Translations under genes and position numbers: made by a program
NCBI GenBank assembly: GCA_951406725.2
Contig: OX597818.1
Location: 122,636,001-122,700,000, forward strand
Reading direction: 5' to 3'
DNA length: 64,000 nt
DNA from: Octopus vulgaris
Lineage: Eukaryota
Notes under the pieces: model-generated
Database searches by the model: none
What the model saw: only the letters and a program-made list of their open reading frames with translations
What the model was told of the DNA's origin: nothing
Part shown: positions 1 to 12,629 of the stretch, in pieces
Numbering within the stretch: the first letter of the stretch is position 1
How the letters are laid out: each line of letters begins with the position of its first letter

Positions 1-60
1 TGGCTCAGTGGTTAGAGCGTCGAACTTACGATCGTAAGGTTGTGAGCTCGAATCTAGCTC
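1..60 (+). mobile_element. tRNA-derived SINE head fragment (cut by window edge)
   Basis: A-box TGGCTCAGTGG followed by ttagagcg...gagctcgaatc (degenerate B-box); no complete cloverleaf or acceptor stem. Confidence 0.6.
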
Positions 61-204
61 GCATGCAAAATCACTTGTATTCATATAGACTATAAGCAAA
101 ATTCATGGATGGGGAAGGGGCGCTCTTATTTACTAAAGCTAAATACATAAGTAAGGGTGGGGGGATGTAAAGGTACGGGGTTCTATACAAGTATATATAT
201 ATAT

Positions 205-370
205 AAAACGGGATTCTTTCAATTTCCTCTTACCAAATCCGCACACCGGGCTTTGGTCGGCCCGTGGCCATAGTAGAAGACACATAACCAAGGTGCCATG
301 CAGTGAGACTGAACGTAGAACCATACGGTTGGAAAGCAAACTTCTTACCACACACTCATTAACAGGTATA
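205..370 (-). mobile_element. tRNA-derived SINE family B, 5' part
   Basis: Matches copies at 43478-43635 (+), 54736-54920 (-), 15858-16010 (-) and 19975-20076/25514-25548 (-): ctaccaaatccactcacaaggctttggtcggcccg...gaaccatgtggttgg. Confidence 0.8.
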
Positions 371-1059
371 TGTGAATTTCTACGTATATAAATGCACAGA
401 CATAGGCACACAGGCACAAACACAGATACACACACAAACTCATGTGTGTGTATTTGTATGATATATGTATATTGTTTTTTGTCGTTTCTCCCAAATAATT
501 AATAAAAGTAGAGACTACCACCTGTCACTTTGGTTTCTACTTTCTTAAGATATATGTATATATGTGTGGGGAAATATGTGTTTGTGTGATCCGTGTGAAT
601 GGGGTTTGAGTGCATATATATATGTATGTATTTCTCTGTGTATGAATACGGTTGTGTGTGTATGTGATTCCGTGTGTTCTTGTGAGTATCTGTGTGTAAC
701 ATTTTGCACACTTTTCTTCCTCGGAATTTAAGTGATTAGAAGAAAGAAAAGGAGAGAAAAGACGAGGAAATGGGAAAAGTAGATAACAATAGATAATAAA
801 TATAACGATAAAAAACACAAAAAATTGCAGGTGAAATTGGTTGCAAAATTTGTTTCTTTAACATGATTTTACTAATGGATAGATTTATCAAACTATCACA
901 GTAAAACACACATATATATGTGAAATATGTGAGTGTATACACACATATACATACACAGACACATGCTGAAAATTCCAGCCAGGATCTAAACCATATGGCA
1001 CATGGAATTCGGAAGCCGGCATTTTAAACTGGTCATGATGCATACGTGCTGTATTTATG

Positions 1060-1178
<119 letters not shown>

Positions 1179-1220
1179 CTGTCTGTGTGTGTGTCTGTGT
1201 GTATGTTTCTCTCTACGTAT

Positions 1221-1279
1221 ATTCCACTGATGAGGCGAAGCATTTCTAAATGCAAAGTCAGAAATCCAGGATCTTGAAT
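1221..1279 (+). ncRNA. minimal type-I hammerhead ribozyme motif (PLE pLTR-type)
   Basis: attcca-CTGATGA-ggc..gcattt/aaatgc..gtca-GAAA-tccagga-TC-ttgaat; stem I has 1 mismatch; quasi-palindromic stem III TCC(A)GGA. Confidence 0.6.
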
Positions 1280-1511
1280 TATCCAATAATGTTTTACTAG
1301 TTTTACTTTTGTCTTTTTGTCTTCTCTCCTTGTGCTATATTTAACACTTAAGGTGGTTTTAGAGTCAGATCGTGGCTGCTATTTTCCGCATGGCTGTATC
1401 TCGTATATACCCTAAGTTATAATTTTAATAATAATTATTACATTTGAAGGTTCTTATTTCCATTCTGGCCACTTGATAAGATCGTTATTTAATTTAAATT
1501 AACGATCTTAT

Positions 1512-1545
<34 letters not shown>

Positions 1546-1552
1546 ATTTTAT

Positions 1553-1611
<59 letters not shown>

Positions 1612-2011
1612 TGTGCGTGTGTGTATGTGTGTGTGTGTGTGTGTACTGGTCCGGTGGATGAAAAATAGGAATGGATACATTTATGTATATATTCGTATGT
1701 GTATTTTATGGAAAAAGCCGGTTATGGCATGCTTTGTGCCGAAACATCATGCTGTTGTTTTGGGCAAAGCTGAGTGTGCAGGATCAAATTCCATAAGCAA
1801 TATGTGGTGGACCAGTAATTAAGCATTTATTTCTTTTCATCTGAACAGGATTAAATTTGTGTTTTCCGCAGTCATTGCAGGTATACGGGTGAAGAATCTG
1901 TATTCTGCCTTTGAGTACAGAGATTTTCTGCTGAACGCCGAGACAGGGTATTGCCTAACTTTTGTGTGTAAAGCCGGTTGCCGAATTTCGGTCAAATGGC
2001 TCTATAATATT

Positions 2012-2243
2012 TATTTCTTTACTACCCACAGGGGGATAAACAAAGAGGAGACAAACAAGGACAGACAAACGTATTAAGTCGTTTATATTGACCCAGTGCG
2101 TAACTAGTACTTAATTTATCGACCCCGAAAGGATGAAAGGTAAAGTCGACTTCGGCGGAATTTGAACTCAGAACGTAACGGCAGACGAAATACGATTATG
2201 CATTTCGCCCGGCGTTCTAACGTTTCTGTCAGCTCGCCGCCTT
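2012..2243 (-). mobile_element. tRNA-derived SINE family A with Meta-type core
   Basis: Sense core gtcgactttacctttcatcctttcggggtcgataaattaagtac; perfect 17-bp TSD AATGGCTCTATAATATT at 1995-2011 and 2244-2260. Confidence 0.9.
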
Positions 2244-2991
2244 AATGGCTCTATAATATTGTTATGTATATGTTCAAGTTCACCCCCCCCCAACACACAC
2301 ATACAAACAAACGCACATACATGCACAGCCGTACATAGATACAGAGATATATGTGTATATTTGTGTATATGTATGTATGCATATGCATGTACACGTTCGG
2401 GAATGGATAGACATATTGTTGTTATGTATGCGTAACACCTGGCTTCAACGAATTTGCTGTGTTTTGAGATTTGTTATTATCAATATGGATATTTTGCTTA
2501 TACAATTTTCATTTCAATCAGTAAGAAAGAAAAAAAAAAAAACTAGCGAGCGCGGAAGGCACGTGCGACTTGGCCGTCCAGGCTGTATGAGTAAAGGTAT
2601 GTGGGCGCACGGCTGCGACGACGTCGAGTAGGCGCAGGCGAAGAAGAAATATATACATTCAACAACAATTGAGGAATGGCCTTAATAGGCCATTCGACCC
2701 ACTAGAAAGAGCAGCCAGGACTCAAACCGCCAAGTAGTAGTAATTCAGAAATTAAAGGAAAATTTAAAAACATTTACCCTAATTCATCTTTAGACAATGC
2801 ATTGTTTCGGTGTTTTTAATGGCAAACCAGCTTAATTAAATTAAATTAAACTAAGTCAATCCACCAAAGGCTACACCTCATCGGTAAAGAAGCCAAGGAG
2901 GGACAGATATACACGAGGCAGCTGTATCTATACCCTAGGAATATTTGGCCTAAAATTTTCAAAACTATCGTACTCGCGCCAACTTATCAGC

Positions 2992-3022
<31 letters not shown>

Positions 3023-3712
3023 AAATGCTGTGAGTCTCGTATGACACCTCACTCGCGGTGCTAAAAATGAAATGAACTAGTGAGCGACCCCTTGCAACCT
3101 ATAGCTAAGGAATTTATTCTATACCAGATTTGTCATTACCATCTATCGCCAACTGGCAAAAAAATTGGACGCTGACACATTCCTTTTCCTCTTATCTGAA
3201 ATATAAATCAAGCTTTTGTAAGCAACGTTATGTGGAGAAATATGTTCATTTTTTTATTGCTAGTTTCCACTATCTTCATATGAATTCTTGACACTGGTAA
3301 CATTTCGTTGGACCAGTCGATCGATATTTGTCAATGGCTTCATCGTTCGTTTCTTGGTAGTTTATCGCAAATATAGTGCTGCAAACTTCACATAACCTTG
3401 CCATGCGTAAGACAACGACGTTCGAAGAGCTGGAGATGGTAAGAAGAAGCTGAATAACAAGAAATAGTAATTCAAACTCGCCTAAGTTTATTTGGAAGCC
3501 TAAAAAAAAAACGAAATTATTTACCAACCAAGACCTCAGCCCTAACATAACAACTAAATTTGTTCCAATTAACTTTTATTCTGTTCTTTATTTAGTTTCT
3601 GAATACATCAATATCTGGCAAAGTTACAAGACAAAATATTTTGGATTCAAAGCAAGAATAATGTGATCGCAATTTAAGTTATTATCCATTTATTATTATT
3701 ATTATTATTATT

Positions 3713-4532
3713 CAGTAGTTTTATTTTTATTTTTATAGCGTGCTTTCACTTCACTACCGAGCGCAGCTCTGTGTGCCTTGGGTATGTGCTGTGATTTGTT
3801 GTGATGGTTATTGTATGGAAAGTGTTCTGCGTAGGATGTGTGCAGTGCCTAGTAGTGCAATTTTCTGTATGTTATATGTGTTTGTAAGTCCTGGTGTTTT
3901 TGTTATGTATTTGTCTGAATATTTTTTTATCATGCCTAATGCACCTACTATGATAGGAATTGTTTCTGTTTTCAGATTCCACATTCTAGTTACCTCTATT
4001 TCCAGGTCTTTGTATTTTGAGAGTTTCTCCATTTCTTTTAGAGACACGTTGTCATCTGCCGGTACTGATACATCAATTAGAAAGCATTTTTTTTCTTCAT
4101 GGTCTCTGACAACTATATCTGGTCTGTTGGCCTTAATTTCTCTATCTGTGTGTATCGGCATATCCCAGAGTATGGTTGCTTTCTCGTTTTCTGTGACCTT
4201 TTCTGGTGTGTGCCTATACCATCTTTTTTCTGTTGTTATTCCATAATGTTGGCATAGCTTCCAATGTATGTAAGTTCCAACTCTGTCATGTCTGTGAATA
4301 TATTCCTTCTTAGCCAGGACTGGGCAGCTAGAGATAATATGATTTATTGTTTCTGGTCCATCTCCACATATTCTGCAGTTACTTGTAATATTTCTTTTCA
4401 TTACATGTTTTTGGTAATTTCTGGTGGGGAGGCTTTGGTCTTGTGCTGCAATTAAAAATCCCTCTGTTTCTGCTTTGAGTCCTGAGCTTCTCAACCATTG
4501 CTGGGATTTTTCTTTGTCTATTTCTTTTGCGT
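3713..4532 (-). mobile_element. 5'-truncated R4/Dong-like non-LTR retrotransposon (CCHC finger + restriction-like endonuclease)
   Basis: ORF 3808-4532: AAQDQSLPTRNY, CRICG..ETINHIISSC, RHD, RPDIVV, IDVSVP, EK..KY (PD-(D/E)xK RLE); bounded by (TAA)n tracts on both sides. Confidence 0.9.
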
Positions 4533-4570
4533 TTATTATTATTATTATTATTATTATCATTATTATAATA

Positions 4571-4621
<51 letters not shown>

Positions 4622-7329
4622 ATGTTGGTAGAGGAATATTGAGAAATATATAATTCTTCCTCTTTGTATTTTATACTTATGGAAACAAAAATTTGCTTAG
4701 CTTTGTCTTCCAATTAATATTTGTTCATTCTTAGCTTATTTGCTATTTGCAAAGCAAACAAAATTACTGAATAGACAGATCTGTATTGCCCAGATATATC
4801 ATTGGAGTTGTATTTTGTATTTTTGTGACTCTAATGGAAATAATGCTGATAGAAATCCATTGAAAATTGCCAAACAATTCTTTGTAGATTAATCCAATCT
4901 ATCTAACTATATATAAAGGATTTAATGATGGAGATTGACTGCCAGGAATTGTAAAACTTACATGAATAATGCTGATGCAAAGTGCAATACAGAAGAAAAA
5001 ATCGGTATCGAAAAAATGTCACAAAATATTTTTATCCTCGGTAGTGGGAAAAAATTTGGTTGGCCCCATTCTGTCATTTCTTTCTTCGTTCTAAGTTCAA
5101 ACTCCACCGATGTCAGTTTGTCTTTCATTGTTTCGATAAAGCCATTTGGCTTCTACTTGTTTCAAAAGTGAATTATATTGGTCGATAATAGATTCAATCG
5201 AAGTCTGAAGTTGACCGGATCGACTATTACATAGTCACCCACATTTGTAACCGTGCTACAAATCAGTATGGATACTAAAGGTAAAGTCGTTTTAAATCAC
5301 CCTGAAATAAAAGTTATTAAATGCATATTCTCCCGGATATTATGGGATGCGGGGAGTTTATATCCCACCAAATATATTACAAAAGAACGAACGAAAGGAA
5401 AACATTGCGAGGCGTACTGCGTAGTATTTTAAAATATTGGTTTCAAATTGTGGCACAAGGGCAACAATTTCAGGGAAGGGCTTCAGTTGCAAAATATTTT
5501 GCCCGACGTGCCAAGGATTCTGCCAACTCAATGCCTAGTATTTTAGAATATTGAGAGATGAGGTTACCAATTCAAAATTTCACAAAGTAAGAAAAAAAAA
5601 AAAGAAAATGATAATCTACGGTAACTCTAGTCCAACTTTCTGAAATTTTCTTTACAAATCGATAATATTATAACGATTTTCTTTGTATGAAAAATGACTT
5701 TTGAGCAAGGATTTTGCGATTTAAAAGAACTAGGTTGATAACTCGACTTATCTTTCCTTCTGATAATAACCTTACTTAGAATGTATCGCAGGTTTTTTTA
5801 CATTACAGATCAGATGCAATTCAGCTAACAAGCATGCATGTTTGAAAATGTTTTGAATATTTATGGACCAGGAGAATGAAATATGTGCTGGGGCCTATAT
5901 CATCTTTTTGAACATTAATTGACAAAAATCTAATTTCGTGAATAATAAAACGTTTCTGACAAAGTACTTGCTTTGAATAGGAAAGTGAGCAATAATGTAA
6001 CGCAATGTCTCTGCAATTCTTTGCGTTACATTTTATAGATTTATTGCAAGGTGGACAGAACATCAAAACAAGCGCTTTTACAGTGGTTCCTTGATTAACG
6101 GCAATTATAAGAAACACACAGGTAACTTTGTTTTTATAGTTTTATCTAAAGAACTCCAAGATCTTGTGTTACATGGTACTGTTTCACCTTGGATTTCTAA
6201 AAACATAAAATCTATACATTTCCAGTTACCAGGGTATGAAGTGTTACATAATTTTCCACGACGGAACAATAAAATAAGATAAAATAAGATAAAATAAATA
6301 AAAAAGAAATAAATAGAAATAAATAAATTATTGTTGCTGTGAAGATAATATTTTCAAGTGCTGGTGCTGTTATACGTGTGAAAAAGAATGCCTTTCCTAA
6401 AGATTTATCAAAAAGTAGCGACAAAGATGGAACGGAAAGAGAAAGAGAAAAGGGAGAAAGAGAGAAGGGGAGAGGTAGAAGAAAGCTAGAGACAGACAGA
6501 GAGAAGGAGAAAAAAGAGAAAGGGTGCAAGAGAGAAAGAAAGAGGGAGAAATGAGACAAACCCACAGAAGCGGAGGAGAGCGGTTGATAGTAGTGAGTCA
6601 TTCAAGTTATGTATGATCGATGTAGTTTGGTGAATGCTGTAGAAATAGTGAGAGAAACGGTATAGAAATAAGGATTCTGCTGAATACCGAATCTTCAGTA
6701 GATTTAAATTATTAATTTAATAAATGTGGCTATTCAACAACAGATCAAAGACAATAAATTGAGTAGAAATACCACATTGCATTATGGAACTTCTTATATC
6801 TTAAGTACGACCAATATTTCGCCCTCAGTATTAAATAATAAAAATAGACGGTCAATTAGTAGAATTGTTAGATGCCAGACAAATGTCTCGTAGTAATTGC
6901 TTCGGCGCCTAATGTTCTGAGGTCAAATCCCGTCGAGGTCACACATAAGTCTTTCATCCCATTGTAGCTGTCTCAATATATAAGTCCTCTACTGATGTGG
7001 ATTCTTATAACTCGCAGTTTCGGTTTCGTTTACGTTACATTCTAAGAAGCGTGTGTAGATGATGCATAATATCTCCTGTAGCGTTGTCAAAGGGAAGTAT
7101 TACGATCTGGTAATCCCTTCTCCTCCATGATGTTAGAATACAAGAATCTCTGTAAAGATGCGACTAATCGCGACCGCCTTTGACGGACTGACTGGTTGCA
7201 TAGCATTTGAATGGAACGGTTAGTTAATATTCTTATTCTGATATATACCGTTAATCACTTCATTTTTATTCCCTTTCTGTTTTTATATAATCAAAAACGG
7301 CCTTCCCGAAACATAAGCTTATATGGTCG

Positions 7330-7540
7330 GTTTCCTGGATTCTGTGCTGTATTTATTCCTTACCGGACGGTACACGGGTCCGTCGCAGGATTACTCAGGT
7401 TTGCCAGCTGAGTGAACTGGAGCAATGTGAAATAAAGTGTTTTGCTCAATAACTCAATGAATCGCCCTGTCCATAAAAACCTGAATCAAAATCTGTTGAA
7501 CGTGAGTGTAACACGCTAATCACAAAAGCACGCGTACCAC
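7330..7540 (-). mobile_element. degenerate SINE fragment (family D-like)
   Basis: gccagctgagtgaactggagcaatgtgaaataaagtgttttgctcaa resembles 46270-46400 and the reverse complement of 41870-41925. Confidence 0.5.
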
Positions 7541-9577
7541 GTCTTTATAGAATACACACACACAAAAATACTTGACCCTCTCTACACTCACACACACAGG
7601 CACACATATACACAGATGGATTCGGGTCAAGATTTTCGTTTATGTGTGTTTTGTTGTTCAATCAGCTAACCTATCCGGCTTGACTTGTAGGCAGCTGAGT
7701 AATTAAAAGCCACAGTACATTCTCAGGCAAAATCAGCGCGATCGTCGACTTAGATTCACTTACAAGATATGGATTACACCGAGGCTATATATAATATGGA
7801 TTATCGATTCAGCCAGTCAACAGATTCGAAACTAGAACATAAATTAATGTGTAGCGAACTACCGAGCCATTCGGCCATACTGCGCTTATGCACACACACA
7901 CACAGACACACAGACATACATATATACGCACATATACACACATATACGCACATACACACACATACGCACACGCATTCACAAAGACATTTACTTACATGCA
8001 TACGCATACACATACACACAATGCACAAATATGTGTATGTATCTATGGGTGTATATGTGTGTGTCGCTGTGTTTTGTTTGCATCTTTATATATAAATATA
8101 GTTTACCCACAAAATATTACCAAACACGCTTGAAGCTCTTGCCTCAGTTTCCAAATCCTGTAGATTTGTTGAATTTTGTAGTGACTTAATTTGAACAATA
8201 TATAAAACCTTTTGAACCTATTGTGCGTGAGCTATCAAAGAACAAATAATATATTATACAGAATTTTAACCTTACATGTACGAATTCAATTGTCACTAGG
8301 TTCGTTTACTGAACAAAGAGAATTTGATGCACTGGCTTAGATGCACACAATGGAACGTATATCCTTCGTGGGCCACAGGCAACTTAACCCACCCAAGGTG
8401 AAGCTGGGTACTAAACTTGATAACCTCACTACTTAAACCGAGTACTACATTTTATGACTCCACTGCTTATTTTCCTCTTCCTAGTTATGGATGAGATAAA
8501 TGGTTCTTTAAATTAATTAAAGAAGAATTTTATTGGAAAAGCCAATTGAATTGGAACTTACGAGCGCACGAACGGCAGAACTGGCCAAAAAGAATAATTG
8601 ATATTTATCACATCTACATAGCACCAAGTTAACACTCTATTATCTAAGCCAGCACGATCCCCATGGAAATGCGAAGATATTTATGTAAGATATGAAAAAG
8701 CGTAAATATATTTCAGATGGTGAAAATTCACATTAAGTTGTTACGCTAAGACATGGTAAAGGAAATATTATGCTGGACGTTGAGAAGATATTTCTAATAT
8801 TTATGCATTCTTCGTGTTCTTGCACATTTGCAACTAATTCTTAGATGCTTCATAAGAAGATGTATTATCTTCCTTTAGGATGCTGCATTCTAAATTACGA
8901 TACTGCATTTTAAATCTCAGGGATTTCCATATTGCCAATGTTTAAGAACGCATCATAATACATTATAAAATATAATATGGCATTTCTATAGATTCTCTTG
9001 ATTGCTGAACTCTGATGAATACCTTTACAACCTATCGACTATATTATCATTGAGGTCCATGTTCATACGGATATTTCTCATATAAATGCAGTCAGAATAG
9101 AAAGTTTCCATTTTTCAAACCACATCTAAACAGTAATATCTTGGATGGATCTTCTTTCGCTGTTTCAATGATTCTCTGGTTTCAATGACTGCAGCTTTGC
9201 TTGAGCAAAGCTGTTGAAGAATTTTCCAGTATATATTCTAGTTTCATACTCTATTTTATCATGAAGTTATGTGATATAAAGGAGCGTATCGTTAACATTA
9301 ACACTGGTTAATTGGCGCAAACAAAACACGTAACCACATTGTTACACTTGCGTCTATATAATCTATCTATTTTGCGGAGCAGCAAAATATATTACAAGAC
9401 ACCAAAAGAAGTACGAAGAATTAGAATATACTTTAACAACACCTTATGACAAATTACGTTCTAATGAACACACATACAAACAAATGATAGCTTAATAAAA
9501 CATCGTATATGTTGGTTAGACTGATTCAATGCTCGCGGATTGGTTCAAAGCACATCTGTCCGATGATCGATGCAATA

Positions 9578-9810
9578 TATTTCTTTATTACCCACAAGGG
9601 GCTAAACATAGAGGGGACAAACAAGGACAGACAAAGGGATTAAATCGATTACATCGACCCCAGTGCGTTAGTGGTACTTAATTTATCGACCCTGAAAGGA
9701 TAAAAGGCAAAGACGACCTGGGCGGAATTTGAACTCACAACGTAACGGCAGACGAAATACCGCTAAGCATTTCATCCGACGTGCTAACGTTTCTGCCAGC
9801 TCGCCGCCAA
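9578..9810 (-). mobile_element. SINE family A (Meta-type core)
   Basis: Homologous to 2012-2243; 15-bp TSD ATGAT(C/G)GATGCAATA at 9563-9577 and 9811-9825. Confidence 0.9.
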
Positions 9811-10469
9811 ATGATGGATGCAATAGTCCTGCTCTTAAATCTGTCGCACGCCCATTTTATACCACTGCTGGAATTCACCAATACGATAGCGTCAAGTCAT
9901 CCAACACTTCCATAAGTAGTTCTTAATTTTCGAGTGGTACTTCTATATGATGCTCGATCTACTAAGAATAGCAACCAAACACATTCAATTAGTGCTTTAC
10001 CACAGTAAGAATACAAAAGAGACATTATGTAACATACTCCTAGATAGAACTGTCTGAAATATAGGCAGGATGATTACAAATGTAAAGCTTTTGTTCAGTC
10101 AGAGCTCATCTGGTGATACGCAGCAACAAAAGCAATTGTTTTTCTAGTAGCGGATCATCATCCAGCTGGAATCAACGAATGGTTAGTGTTTTGTAACTGT
10201 TTATCTCCTTTAAATCCTTCCTCACGTTTCAACACATACACACACACACGAGCATGAAGTTCATGCTTGTCCTTTACTCCATCAGTCATACATGCATAGT
10301 GTTGCTTCCACATGCGCCTAAACATAAGACTCCACTAACAATCCACTCGCACACATTATCTGTCGCCATTATTTGCAGCAATATATTCTATTCACTCACT
10401 CAGTTATACAATCTAGCACATGCTTCTATTATCCACTTCTCTCCTCTTTCTCTTTCGGCGATGATCGAC

Positions 10470-11405
10470 AGTCGAGAACCGTTCACCTACACAATTTCCT
10501 CTCTTTCACTAGGAAGAGTACTGTTCACCTCCACTATTTAATTTCCTCCACTAGAAACAGTACAGCTCACATTTACTATATACTTTTTTTCACTAGAAAG
10601 AGTACCGTTCACCTTCACTATTTACTCCTCTCCACTAGAAGGAGCACCATCCACCTACACTATTCACTCTCCTTCACGTTCATCTCCACTATTTACTTTC
10701 CTCCACTAGAAAGAGTACCACTTACCTCCACTATTCATGCTCCTTCAAAAGGAAGAGTATCGTTCACCTCCACTCACCTCCACTAGGAAGAGGACTGTTC
10801 GTTTCCACTGTTCACTCTCCTCCACTAGAAAGAGTACAGTTCAACTCCACTATTTGCTCCTATCCACTAGAAGGAGTACCGTTTACCACCACTATTCAAT
10901 CCGCTCCGCCGAGAAGAGTACCGTTCACCGCCACTATTTACTCTCCTCCACTAGAAACAGAACCGTTCCCCTCCGCAATTCATTCTCATTCACTAGAAAG
11001 GCTACACTGCCTCTTCACTATTTACTCTTCTTCACTAGAAAGAGTACTGTTCATCTCCACTATTCAGTCTCCTTCACTAGAAAGAATACGGTTTACCTTC
11101 ACTATTCACTCTCCTTCACAACAAAGAGTATCGTTAACCTCTACTATTCACTCTCGTCTGTTAGTAAGAGTACCGTTCACCTCCACTACTCACTCTCCTT
11201 CCCTAGAAAGAGTACCGTTTACCTCCATTATTCACTCTCTTCAATTAGAAACAGTACTGCACACCTCCATTAGAAAGAGTACCATTCAACCCCACTATTC
11301 ACATTCCTTTACTAGAAGTAACAGTACCGTTCACCTCCTCTATTCACTCTCCTCCACTAGAAAGAGTATCGTTCGCCTCCACAATTCACTCTCCTCCACT
11401 GAAAA
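10470..11405. repeat. 42-bp minisatellite, roughly 20 degenerate units
   Basis: Consensus ctagaaagagtaccgttcacctccactattcactctcctcca; gives the TRKSTVHLHYSLSS repeats in the ORF track. Confidence 0.9.
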
Positions 11406-12153
11406 TTATAATCACACTACACACTTCCACATGTTTTCAATCATGACTTCTGAATAATATCTGCGTAATTTTTTGCTTGACTCTTTTCTAATTTCCTAAC
11501 TACTTTATCTGCACCTTGTAAAATGGCTTTGCCCAAAAAATCTTAACTGATATTCTTTACTGTGATACATCAATATGAAGTTTTAATAATATCATCTTGA
11601 AAACCTCAATGACTCAGCACTATAAAACAAATTTTTTAAATGTGCTAATTTCCATTTAGATAAACTAAACATAGCATTACCTGATACAACTTGTCTTACC
11701 AAAATCGTTATTATGTTGATACAGTCCTAACGTAATTTAGTGTAAAATGTTCTTGCTAAAACATCTATTCGCTAATCAACGACCTATGAACGATGAATGA
11801 ATTTTAAACAGGTACTTAATCTTGTGGAAAATATTTTCCCCAGTTTTTTTACTAGCTCGTTAATGGTGTTCAGTCGAATGAATTAATATAAAAGTGTTCT
11901 CTAAATTCATATCATCATGATAAATACGAAGGATTCTGTTTTCCTGGCGAAGGGCGTATTAAATCGACGTTGAGTAAATTAAAGAAAGTTACTTTTATTA
12001 CTTAATTAATGTATATTGCATTTCCAGAATGCAAAGAAACTTAACATTTTGATAATGTATTGTTTTGTTCTCAGACTATGTTTGGATATTTGTGTGTGTT
12101 TGTGTGTGCAACCGTGCATGTATATTTGTTTCTACATACACACACACACAAAC

Positions 12154-12188
<35 letters not shown>

Positions 12189-12360
12189 CACACAAACACA
12201 CATATTATATATATACACATACTTGAAACATTTGATAAGAGACATATAAGTTAAAGCAAATTGATTTAGCCTTATGCAAATTAATGTTTCATTTGCATAT
12301 TACAGGAACCAAGTTTACCTGCCTCAGGCGGCTTAATGGGAGCGAATCACGATGTTTTAA

Positions 12361-12404
<44 letters not shown>

Positions 12405-12406
<2 letters not shown>

Positions 12407-12562
12407 ATAACAAAAACACCAGGACTTACAAACACATATAACATACAGAAAATTGCACTACTAGGCACTGCACATCCTACGCAGAACACTTTCCATACAA
12501 TAACCATCAGAGCATCACAACAAATCACAACACATACCCAAGGCACACAGAGCTGCGCTGGT
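12405..12562 (+). mobile_element. short 3' fragment of the same R4/Dong-like LINE, embedded in (TAA)n
   Basis: Reverse complement of about 3760-3910 (ITKTPGLTNTYNIQKIALLGTAH.. plus 3'UTR); TAA tracts on both sides. Confidence 0.85.
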
Positions 12563-12629
12563 ATAATAATAATAATAATAATAATGAATAATAATAATAA
12601 TAATATTAAAAAAATTATAATAATAATAA

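Noticed and set aside
1-60. tRNA gene
   Set aside because: Only A/B-box similarity; no acceptor stem, consistent with a SINE head (the same applies to 31600-31681 and 58216-58290)
4533-4713. N-terminal part (MEDKAK...poly-Ile) of the 301-aa ORF
   Set aside because: Read-through of the (ATT)n target tract and flank; the LINE homology starts at about 4532
6039-6121. Possible plus-strand exon (ttttatag...cag/gtaact)
   Set aside because: Splice-like signals are common in AT-rich DNA; no recognisable peptide or partner exons
10470-11405. CRISPR-like array
   Set aside because: Contiguous tandem units without unique spacers; eukaryotic context; no cas genes
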